A stretch of DNA of 36,696 bases from a virus. Location of the stretch: IMG/VR virus record IMGVR_UViG_3300045988_172914, positions 1 to 36,696 of that record, one strand, 5' to 3'. The notes below the pieces were generated by a model. It was given only the letters and a program-made list of their open reading frames with translations. It ran no database searches and was not told the origin of the DNA. Position numbers and translations under genes: made by a program. This document shows, piece by piece, positions 26,916-35,289 of the stretch (within the stretch, counting starts at the first letter, position 1; the number at the start of each line of letters is the position of its first letter).

Positions 26916-29024
26916 ATGAACTATTACGACGAAACTGAAACCGAGCAACAGGCCATTGCTGAGAGTGCCGGCAACACTACCGACGAGCCGACGCTTGACC
27001 TAAATCTGGAGGACGGTGGCGAAACTTTAATTGCGAAGTTGGAGCTGATGATATCTCACTCTAGAGCTCAATGGGAGCGAGCCGACGTCGATAGCTTTAA
27101 CTTGACGTCGCAACGAGCTCTTAACAACCGGTACTATAGAGGGGAGCAGTCGGGCGCAATGGCGGGGCTGTACAACTCCGATTATGTCGACAACGAGCTG
27201 TTCATTGGTGTACAGTCAATAATCGCCTACGTTACATCTTCTACTCCGTCCTGCGAAATAGCGCCGATGGACAGCGAAACGCCGTCTGAGGTGATGGCTG
27301 AGCAGCTGGAGTTAGCAATATCCAGTCATTCAGAAAAATGGCGATTGCGTAAACTGCTTAAGGTAGCGGTTCGTAATATGTATATCAACAAGGTAGGTGT
27401 CTTGAAACTGAGCTACGACCCAAGCCTCAACGACATCAAGCCAACTGCAGTCGATCCCAACAGACTCATTCTCGACTACAACTGTCGTCAACTTGACAAC
27501 CCCCGCGTTATCTGCGAGGTGTGTGACTGTCGCCGTAGCGAGCTGATACGCCGCTTTCCGAAGAAGCGAGCCGAAATTGAACAAAGAATTGGTTCAGGTG
27601 GAATTGTTCACTATAAAGAAGTTTGGTACACCGATGATAACGGCGATGAGTGCGTTGCCTGGTACTACGGCGGATTATTGCTTGATGCGATAAAAAATCC
27701 GAACTTTCTATACGACGGCGAGGGTTTGAATGTTGTGAATGTTGCTGATCGTCCGCCAAAACCGTACGTATTCTTCAATTACATCAACGACGGCAACCAT
27801 CTGATCGACTACACCACGCCGCTAGAGCAAGCGATCCCGCTGCAGGACGACCTCAATCGCCGAGGACGACAAATCACCGACAACACCGATACTGCTAACA
27901 GCATCCTGGCTGTCAACGCCAGGGCTGTTACCGACGAGATGGACAAGCGCATACAGAGGCGAGCCCCTAACACAGTCATCAGATTGAACCATATTGACGA
28001 TGGCGTGCCTATCGGGAACTTAATCACAGAGATACCGCCGCATACTTTGCCCAACTACGTGGTTAACGATCGCCAAGACTTAAGGCGGGCAATTCATGAT
28101 GTTTTGGGAACGCCCAGTCAATTTAGGGGTAGCGATAGTGATAAGGCCAACACGTTGGGCGAAGCTCAAATGCTGAAGAGCCAAGCTAGCGGACGTCAGG
28201 ACGAGGTCGTTCAGGCTGTAGAAGACGGAATGTCGGACTATTTCAAGTTGTTAGTTCAAATGATGAAAGTGTATTTCAACGACGATACTAAATATGTCGC
28301 AAAAGACAATGACGGCAAATTTGTTCGAATTGAGCTAAACCGCACCACCATCCCCGATGTGGCCTCGATTGCCGTCGAAAGTGGATCTACCCTGAAACAC
28401 GACAAGCGTCGCCGTGAAGAAGTGGCAGTCAGCATGGCTAAGATGGGGTTGATTGACCCGTATAACTTCTATCGTGATCTGGACTTAAAGGACGCCGACA
28501 AGCGCTACGAGACGTTGGTGAAGTTCAAGGCCGACCCAATGAGCTTGGTTGACGACGTCAAGAGTGAGGTGGCAGACAGGAATGCCTATGTCGACTTTGC
28601 CGTGCTCATCGGAGGCGGCGACGCTAAGCCACGCCCCGATATCCAACCGAGCTACATCCTGGGTATGCGTAAACTTTTGATGTCCGATCAATTCTTGCTG
28701 GCGAGCAAGGAGCGACAAGCCAAGGTGCTGGATTACGTGAGGGGTTGTGTATTAGACATTAGTAACCGGGCTAAGTTGGATACTGACGACAAGCAGGGGC
28801 TACTAGTTGATCCTAATATTCCCATTACTCCCGAGCCACCCGAGCCAGAACCGGAACAACCGAGCCAACAGCCAAGTATCCAGGACGGGGTGCAGCCGGG
28901 AATGCTAGACCGATTGGGACAAGCGTTGTCAAACCAACAACAAGCTAATGGGGTGGGTGACTTGCCAATGCCCCAGAACGTCGGTGTGGAAGGAATGGGG
29001 CTAGGCAATGAGCAAACTGAGTGA
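26916..29024 (+). CDS. Portal protein, ~702 aa (alt GTG start 26802)
   Basis: Large ORF directly after terL; acidic Pro/Glu-rich C-terminus. Confidence 0.6.
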   Translation: MNYYDETETEQQAIAESAGNTTDEPTLDLNLEDGGETLIAKLELMISHSRAQWERADVDSFNLTSQRALNNRYYRGEQSGAMAGLYNSDYVDNELFIGVQSIIAYVTSSTPSCEIAPMDSETPSEVMAEQLELAISSHSEKWRLRKLLKVAVRNMYINKVGVLKLSYDPSLNDIKPTAVDPNRLILDYNCRQLDNPRVICEVCDCRRSELIRRFPKKRAEIEQRIGSGGIVHYKEVWYTDDNGDECVAWYYGGLLLDAIKNPNFLYDGEGLNVVNVADRPPKPYVFFNYINDGNHLIDYTTPLEQAIPLQDDLNRRGRQITDNTDTANSILAVNARAVTDEMDKRIQRRAPNTVIRLNHIDDGVPIGNLITEIPPHTLPNYVVNDRQDLRRAIHDVLGTPSQFRGSDSDKANTLGEAQMLKSQASGRQDEVVQAVEDGMSDYFKLLVQMMKVYFNDDTKYVAKDNDGKFVRIELNRTTIPDVASIAVESGSTLKHDKRRREEVAVSMAKMGLIDPYNFYRDLDLKDADKRYETLVKFKADPMSLVDDVKSEVADRNAYVDFAVLIGGGDAKPRPDIQPSYILGMRKLLMSDQFLLASKERQAKVLDYVRGCVLDISNRAKLDTDDKQGLLVDPNIPITPEPPEPEPEQPSQQPSIQDGVQPGMLDRLGQALSNQQQANGVGDLPMPQNVGVEGMGLGNEQTE

Positions 29025-30462
29025 TATTTTTAAGAAACTTCTCGATGGTGGCCAATTTACCGAGTGGGCTGACGATATTATCAAGCGTGTCTCTAATAAT
29101 TACACTGACGACGCCGTGAGAGCCGCTGCTAAGTCCAAGGATGCTTTAGTCGGCGTACATCGTACGTTTTCGTCTAAACTCGCCAATGCCGCCGATCTGG
29201 GCGGATTTCCGGCGATGTCCGTCGGCATCTATAATCCGGCGAAGAACAGGATATCGAAGGAGCTTGGAGATCGATTCGGCGACGTAACGCTGTTGATGAA
29301 CGCTGATAAAATCAGGCCGGAGAGCAGTTCAGCTTTTGTTGGTAATCGGGATATTTGGAGCCCAAGGGTGTACGAATATGCCGTTCCAACGCTAAATAGC
29401 GACGACGAGATAGCCCGGCTACTAAAGCGCCGTCCATCTTTAACTAAACGAGGAATAACGGTCGACGACGTTAAACACATAGCTCGACATTTCACGCCCA
29501 GTCAAGACGCCGTCCCCGAGCAGATACTGTCTGACTTGAACGACATATATCAGAAGTTTAATCCGGGTGGAGTTGTAAAGGATAACTTTGTGAGCAAGAC
29601 TGCGACACCGGCCCTTATAAACAATCCATACGCCGGATACAAGAAGCTAAACGACTTTATTGAGAACTTGGAGTGGATCGGTACATCTAAAAACGGCATC
29701 ACGCTCAACGGCGAAGTCGTACCTCGCAACGTCGTCAATGTGAACAAATCCTCGTACAGCGACGGCAAGGGTGGGCTACTGAATGTTATTGGCGGTGGCA
29801 AGGACATCAAGAACGGCGACAAGGCGCATTGGTTGGGGACGGCCAAGCGGTTTACCAACACCGACGACATGTATAAGAGTCGCAATCTGCTGACCACCCG
29901 TGATGACTATGGCGTAACACGGTCGCTACTCGGCAACGCCAGGGGGCGTGTCCTAGCCGGACAACCAGAGCTGAGTGAGCATGGAAGCAGGACGTTTTTC
30001 GAGCTCGGCAAAGACGATTTCGCCTCGGCGGATAACCTACTCAAGAGAGCCATCGCCAGTGGCGACCCGGCGAAAATACAGCGATTTGTACCCGGCGTTA
30101 AGAGTAGCGATATAGCAGACCTTAGGCAGGCTTATCTCAACGCCCCTACTGCCTACTTTGAGTCAAAACAATTAGAACCTATTTACGGGACTGATATAGC
30201 TGAAGCTTTTGTGCCGAAAACGCCGAGACACGCCGACAGGTATGGCTACGACACGCCGCTTTCAGCCGAAGAAACCGCCGCTCGGCTTAAGCACATGGGG
30301 GTGAACAAAATTACTCAGTACGACACTTTTGACGAGTTAGACAACTTGCTTGCAGATCGGGCTAGAGTGCGGAATAGGGCGCTGCCGTACATTCTTGGGC
30401 TGGGCGGGGTCAGCGCACTGCCGGCGTTTTTGAGCGGCTACAATAACCAATCTGAAGTCTAA
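29008..30462 (+). CDS. Post-portal minor head/morphogenesis protein, 484 aa (MuF-like by position)
   Basis: Position between portal and scaffold. Confidence 0.4.
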   Translation: MSKLSDIFKKLLDGGQFTEWADDIIKRVSNNYTDDAVRAAAKSKDALVGVHRTFSSKLANAADLGGFPAMSVGIYNPAKNRISKELGDRFGDVTLLMNADKIRPESSSAFVGNRDIWSPRVYEYAVPTLNSDDEIARLLKRRPSLTKRGITVDDVKHIARHFTPSQDAVPEQILSDLNDIYQKFNPGGVVKDNFVSKTATPALINNPYAGYKKLNDFIENLEWIGTSKNGITLNGEVVPRNVVNVNKSSYSDGKGGLLNVIGGGKDIKNGDKAHWLGTAKRFTNTDDMYKSRNLLTTRDDYGVTRSLLGNARGRVLAGQPELSEHGSRTFFELGKDDFASADNLLKRAIASGDPAKIQRFVPGVKSSDIADLRQAYLNAPTAYFESKQLEPIYGTDIAEAFVPKTPRHADRYGYDTPLSAEETAARLKHMGVNKITQYDTFDELDNLLADRARVRNRALPYILGLGGVSALPAFLSGYNNQSEV

Positions 30463-30469
30463 CCAATCC

Positions 30470-30498
30470 TTGACCTGTTGCAAAAAAGACGCTTAAAT
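30470..30498 (+). promoter_or_regulatory. Sigma70-type promoter TTGACC-N17-TTAAAT upstream of the scaffold gene
   Basis: Hexamers and 17-nt spacing read directly. Confidence 0.45.
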
Positions 30499-30530
30499 AT
30501 AACTACTAAAGCAAGGAGGCTATATTGAAT

Positions 30531-31655
30531 ATGAACGATCTGGCAGACGTTGTTGAAGCAGAGGCCCGGAAGATCGAGGTGGAATACGCTTCGTCCGATG
30601 AGCAAGACAAGGGCGATGACGCCAATATTGACAGCTCTACCAATACAAACACCGAAGAGCAATCGCAGAAGTCTGAGGACAGCGAGAAGTCGGACAGCAC
30701 CAGCGCCGATAAACCCGCTGAGACAGACGAGCAGGAGTCTGAAGACAGCGAGAAAAGGGAAGACGAATCAGACGCCAAGTCCGAGGCAAAAGACAAGCCG
30801 GCCGAAGAGAAAGACAAGCCGGAGGGTATACCCGACGACGTTTTGCGGCGAGAGCTGGAGCGTCGTGGACTAGCGGTGTCAAATAAACAACAGGACGAGC
30901 AGAAGCGAATACAATCAGAGCGAGACGCAGCTGCAGATAGACTGTTAGCTAAACCACCCGAAGTAGACGAGGCGGGATGGCAAAGATTGTCTCAAGAAGA
31001 GCGCTATATCTATAATCAGCTACCCTACATTGAGGCTCGAGGTAAAGATGGTAGTGTTATAAGAGTTAAAACGCCCGAACAGCTACCGCAGGGCTTTGAG
31101 TTCGCCAGCGACCATGAACGACAGCGGTTCTTCAGTATTGAACTGCCGAGCCTTAGCTATAAGGCTGAACAGCTCGGACAGTATGTGGAGCAGGTGAAAC
31201 GTGACTATGCCGAGAAGCAAGCCCAAGCCGAGCGAGACGATGCGATCGTTCGAGATATCAAGCGAGCGCAAGACGCCGGCATCATAGCTCAATTTGAAGG
31301 AAAGGACGCTGATACGTCAGCAGACAGCCCTGTCACCAAGCAAATTGCCGAAGTTCTCGACTATCAAGCAAAAATGGAGAAACAGGGCGACCCGGTTAGC
31401 TTTATGGTCGCCGCCAGGTTGTGGCACGCAGACAAGGCGTCAGCTGAGGCGAAGGCTCGGACTGAGTCTGCTAAGAAGGAGTCGCCCTTAGACAAGCAAC
31501 GTAAAGAGGCGGCGGCTCATGTCGGCAAAGACGGGGCCAATAAGCCCGGTAGGGGGGCAATGAAGGATGACGGCGTTCGCTTCAGTGTCAACGATAGCCC
31601 GAGCGATGTCGGCAACTATTACGCCGATTTAATTGAAAGGGGGAGCAATGGCTAA
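30531..31655 (+). CDS. Scaffolding protein, ~374 aa (very acidic Ser/Asp/Glu-rich N-terminal region, coiled-coil)
   Basis: AAGGAGG SD 10 nt upstream; composition; position. Confidence 0.5.
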   Translation: MNDLADVVEAEARKIEVEYASSDEQDKGDDANIDSSTNTNTEEQSQKSEDSEKSDSTSADKPAETDEQESEDSEKREDESDAKSEAKDKPAEEKDKPEGIPDDVLRRELERRGLAVSNKQQDEQKRIQSERDAAADRLLAKPPEVDEAGWQRLSQEERYIYNQLPYIEARGKDGSVIRVKTPEQLPQGFEFASDHERQRFFSIELPSLSYKAEQLGQYVEQVKRDYAEKQAQAERDDAIVRDIKRAQDAGIIAQFEGKDADTSADSPVTKQIAEVLDYQAKMEKQGDPVSFMVAARLWHADKASAEAKARTESAKKESPLDKQRKEAAAHVGKDGANKPGRGAMKDDGVRFSVNDSPSDVGNYYADLIERGSNG

Positions 31656-32244
31656 AAAGGCAACTAAAATTGCCGATATCACACAACGGCTTGAATCTGA
31701 AATCGGAAGTACGGCTCCGGACAAGCAAGCTTATGGCCGGGTAATGGATCGACTGCGAGACAAGTTCGAGCCCGAAGCATACGTAACAATCTCTAATCCG
31801 TTTGGGGAGCCAACCGGCTGGATTTACACCGACCCCGCGGACGAGAACACCGTCTTCGATGGAAAAGAGCGTCGCACTATGAAAATTAGGCCACCTCGAA
31901 TGAGAATACTTCAATCGTCAGAACTGAAGGTGGTCTCCGGGGCAGAGGCTTACGTAGCGCTAAATCGAATGTTCAATGACTACGCTCAGCGAAAGAAACA
32001 GCTGAGCATAATGCTTGGCTCAGTAGAGGCTTTAGACCAGTTCTTAAGTAAGGTCGTGGTGGACATTAAACATCCGGGTGATGTGACCAACTTACTGAGC
32101 GAGGCAACCAGAAAGTCTTCAGGTGAGAAAACGGGCGACAATACCACTGGGGACGAGGACGTACCTAGCGCTGAGAGCGTTAGTAAAGAGATTGAGTCAA
32201 TGTTCAGCGATGAAGATAGTGGTAAAAATAACAACGCTAAGTGA
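31648..32244 (+). CDS. Hypothetical head-associated protein, ~198 aa (alt start 31633)
   Basis: ORF overlapping the scaffold stop. Confidence 0.4.
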   Translation: MAKKATKIADITQRLESEIGSTAPDKQAYGRVMDRLRDKFEPEAYVTISNPFGEPTGWIYTDPADENTVFDGKERRTMKIRPPRMRILQSSELKVVSGAEAYVALNRMFNDYAQRKKQLSIMLGSVEALDQFLSKVVVDIKHPGDVTNLLSEATRKSSGEKTGDNTTGDEDVPSAESVSKEIESMFSDEDSGKNNNAK

Positions 32245-32252
32245 GGTAATAT

Positions 32253-32372
32253 ATGGAGCAACTAGACAATACGCCGCAAGTAATCACGCCAATCCACGAA
32301 GATGAGATTGCCGGCATGGGGGCGGGTGAATCCGAACCAAAGGATGACACCGGCGGAAACGGAGAGCAATAA
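32253..32372 (+). CDS. Unannotated 39-aa acidic miniprotein (MEQLDNTPQVITPIHEDEIAGMGAGESEPKDDTGGNGEQ)
   Basis: GAGGT SD 6 nt upstream; its stop abuts the endolysin ATG. Confidence 0.35.
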   Translation: MEQLDNTPQVITPIHEDEIAGMGAGESEPKDDTGGNGEQ

Positions 32373-33416
32373 ATGTATACGCTATCTAGGTGGATATCCC
32401 CCAATTACACAAATGGTCGGTCGGGACGCAATATCGAAAAGATAGTACTGCACCACGCTGCTACAACTAGTTTTGTAGGAATTGGGGCAACTTTCCAAAA
32501 TCGGTCGCTTGGAGTTAGCGCTCATTTTGGCGTTGCTCCCGGGCAAGTCTGTCAATACGTCGATATCAACGACACAGCCTGGCATTGCGGCAACTGGGAC
32601 ATGAATTGCAAGACTATCGGCATTGAGCATGTCAACAGCACCGGGGCGCCGGAATGGCAGATAGCCGATGAGACAATCAAGACCAGCGCAGAATTGCTAA
32701 CCAACCTAGCTCGTCGGCTGGGTTGGAGCAGCCTGCGTTACGGGCAAAACGTCATCTATCACGACGACGTCGTAAAAACATATTGCCCGGGCATGATTCG
32801 ACGGGCGAATGCCGGTTCGAGGATAATTGACCTGGCTAATCAAATGCTGTCGGGTGGCAGCGTCACGGACGTGCGAAGACAAGAGTATACTCCACCAAAA
32901 CTAGCCGGTCAGCACCCTGACGGATTGTGGCTCTATCACGATTATGTCGGTAACTGGCGCAGCGCTCCGTCCCGGAACGGTGCCGTAATGGCTACCTATC
33001 CGACCGGGACTTGGGTTAAAATGGCCGGGTACGTCCATGGCGAGAAAATTGATGGAGACGACCGATGGCTAGTGTCGAGCCGAAGCCACTGGTATGCTCA
33101 CGTATCCATTTTTGGCGACGTGTATGGATTGCCCGGGTTGGATAGCCAGCCTTCCAGCCGTGCTCAAACCGCAGAGAGCGGATTGGTCGCGCAGCAGGGC
33201 ACATATAAGGCGACCGATAAAATGAACATTCGTCGGTCACCCAGCCTCGACGGAGAGGTGGTGGCAACGCTAAACCCCGGTGAGTCAGTGCAATATGACG
33301 GCTATGTCGATACTAACGGCTATCGTTGGATTAGCTATATCGGATATTCGGGCAAGCGCAACTATATAGCACGTCGTAATTTTAACAACGGAGATATTTA
33401 CGGAATTTGTTCGTAA
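32373..33416 (+). CDS. Endolysin: N-acetylmuramoyl-L-alanine amidase (Amidase_2/PGRP) with C-terminal SH3b cell-wall-binding domain, 347 aa
   Basis: Zn ligands IVLHHAAT ... IGIEHV ... YHDDVVKTYCPGM; C-terminal GYRWISYIG SH3b-like block. Confidence 0.85.
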   Translation: MYTLSRWISPNYTNGRSGRNIEKIVLHHAATTSFVGIGATFQNRSLGVSAHFGVAPGQVCQYVDINDTAWHCGNWDMNCKTIGIEHVNSTGAPEWQIADETIKTSAELLTNLARRLGWSSLRYGQNVIYHDDVVKTYCPGMIRRANAGSRIIDLANQMLSGGSVTDVRRQEYTPPKLAGQHPDGLWLYHDYVGNWRSAPSRNGAVMATYPTGTWVKMAGYVHGEKIDGDDRWLVSSRSHWYAHVSIFGDVYGLPGLDSQPSSRAQTAESGLVAQQGTYKATDKMNIRRSPSLDGEVVATLNPGESVQYDGYVDTNGYRWISYIGYSGKRNYIARRNFNNGDIYGICS

Positions 33417-33432
33417 ATTAAAGGAGGAGACA

Positions 33433-33651
33433 ATGATTCTAAAAGACAATTTATATAAGTCTCTTAAGTGGGTTGTTATGGTTATCCTGCCGGCAATTGC
33501 CACACTATATACAGCGTTAGCCGGTCTATGGGGTCTTCCCATGGCCGACGCAGTCGCTCAGACTATTTGCGCCGTCGCCACATTTTTGGGCGTAGTGTTA
33601 GGGATATCGAGTAAGAATTACTACAACAGCAACGACAACAACAAGGGGTAG
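33433..33651 (+). CDS. Holin, 72 aa (two TM helices, charged C-terminus)
   Basis: AAGGAGGAG SD; TM helices; adjacent to the endolysin. Confidence 0.7.
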   Translation: MILKDNLYKSLKWVVMVILPAIATLYTALAGLWGLPMADAVAQTICAVATFLGVVLGISSKNYYNSNDNNKG

Positions 33652-33652
33652 G

Positions 33653-34075
33653 ATGAGTAATGGTAAGTGGGGGGCTATTTTTCAGAATAGTCAATTAAGA
33701 ACCGGTGTTTGCTCCAAGGAGAGCGCCGAAGAGATTGTCCGCTACGTTAATGGCACCGGAAGCAGGCGGTCTAGACACCGCCTAGCCCGTTTTGTGGTTA
33801 CCACCCCCTTGCCCTATCGTATCGACTTCGATTATGACGGCGACGCTTACTTAGTTAAACCGGACGGCTCGATAATGATGACTGACCGAAAGTTGCGCCT
33901 GGCCAAGTTGCTTTTTGGCGTACTCTCTCGATCGGGGGTGAACGCCTATCTGCTTGGTTTTTACGGCAAGACTAATTCGACGGGGCAATCCGGTGTTGCG
34001 CTGTACATAGATGACTCGGGGCATGTGTCCAAAAGCGTCAGGTTTTCACATCTTAGTGGTACAATTGAGCTATGA
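33653..34075 (+). CDS. Hypothetical protein, 140 aa
   Basis: ORF. Confidence 0.4.
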   Translation: MSNGKWGAIFQNSQLRTGVCSKESAEEIVRYVNGTGSRRSRHRLARFVVTTPLPYRIDFDYDGDAYLVKPDGSIMMTDRKLRLAKLLFGVLSRSGVNAYLLGFYGKTNSTGQSGVALYIDDSGHVSKSVRFSHLSGTIEL

Positions 34076-34096
34076 ATAAAATGTTTAAGGAGATGT

Positions 34097-34615
34097 ATGG
34101 CAGTATCTGTTGAATGGTATCGAGACACCGGCGCTAAAACCGGCACGCCCGCTAAAGGCGCTAAGAGAGAAAAAATAGAGTCCATCAGCTGGTCGGCGGT
34201 CGATAATGCCACCGCCGCCAGCACTGGTGCGCCGGTTTTAGCCGGGGGCAATAGCTGCTCGTGCTACATCTGCGCTAAGTTCGGCGGCACGTTTACTCGA
34301 GTGAGCTCGGTTAAGATTAGCCACGAAGACGGAGCGCTCCCTGCCAACACTAAGTTGGTTGGAAAGGTTACCTCGTCTTACGAAACCCCTGTTACCACCG
34401 CTCTGCCCGGAGCTGAAGACATGTCTCAGCTGAAGTCCGTAGCTAATGGTACGTCGATGAAACTGGGTGCTGATCCGTCCACCGCAAACGCCGATGTTAT
34501 AACCTCGCCGGGTTATACACAATGGCTGGCCACGCAGATTCAGACAACATCAGACGCAGCGTCGGGTGTGTCACCTGCTCTAAAATTGGTGCTATCGTGG
34601 ATCGAAGTAGCGTGA
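34097..34615 (+). CDS. Hypothetical virion protein, 172 aa
   Basis: AAGGAG SD. Confidence 0.45.
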   Translation: MAVSVEWYRDTGAKTGTPAKGAKREKIESISWSAVDNATAASTGAPVLAGGNSCSCYICAKFGGTFTRVSSVKISHEDGALPANTKLVGKVTSSYETPVTTALPGAEDMSQLKSVANGTSMKLGADPSTANADVITSPGYTQWLATQIQTTSDAASGVSPALKLVLSWIEVA

Positions 34616-35052
34616 GTTTTGGCAATCGACTCGCTTGGGTGGCAGAAGCTGTCTCGGGTACTGCTGTTGTTCACGAGGTGTCCAGCAGTTTGGAGGACGG
34701 CTCCTTGAAGGTGATCACCGACGAAAATCGAAGAGACCCGGTCGTCCAATGGGGACTATGCTTAATTGATAAGAACGGTGAAGTAGTGAGACCTTTAGCC
34801 GATATTAATTTACAGACCGGGGAGTTTTATGTATTCGATCGCAACCTGATTCGCATCCTAGAAGAGAGTCCGACATTCGCAAAGATGACACTCGAGCCCC
34901 GGACGCCCGTACTGGGAATAATGCGCCAGGTTCCACTGAGCGAAGATGAGAGTGTTGACAATTCTACAATAGAAACAACCGGATATGCTATTGGCTATAA
35001 AGAAAATGGCGGTATAATTAGATATGTAGCCAGTGTTCAATCTGAGCGGTGA
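34612..35052 (+). CDS. Hypothetical protein, ~146 aa from GTG 34612 (the track ORF opens at 34522 in the -1 frame relative to the upstream gene)
   Basis: GTGA stop/start overlap; 94-nt ORF overlap compatible with a -1 frameshift product, but no canonical slippery heptamer. Confidence 0.35.
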   Translation: MSFGNRLAWVAEAVSGTAVVHEVSSSLEDGSLKVITDENRRDPVVQWGLCLIDKNGEVVRPLADINLQTGEFYVFDRNLIRILEESPTFAKMTLEPRTPVLGIMRQVPLSEDESVDNSTIETTGYAIGYKENGGIIRYVASVQSER

Positions 35053-35235
35053 CTAGGTACATAATCCATTTTGGTATCCGACGGGCAAGAACACCAATAT
35101 ATGTGCGTGGTTGTTTATTAGTTAACGTTTGTTGCCTATCTGGACACTAAATGCCCGTTGGAGCCTTTCATCGCTGTCGCCGCCCACTCTTTTTCCTGCA
35201 AAAGTCGACCTCACGCAGGTTTTTGGTGACAGCTG

Positions 35236-35268
35236 GAGGGAGCCAGAGAGCCCCCTCTTTTTGTTTTT
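35236..35268 (+). terminator. Rho-independent terminator (GAGGGAGC-cagaga-GCCCCCTC + TTTTTGTTTTT)
   Basis: Hairpin plus T-tract. Confidence 0.7.
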
Positions 35269-35289
35269 AAGCTACAATAAAACGTAACT

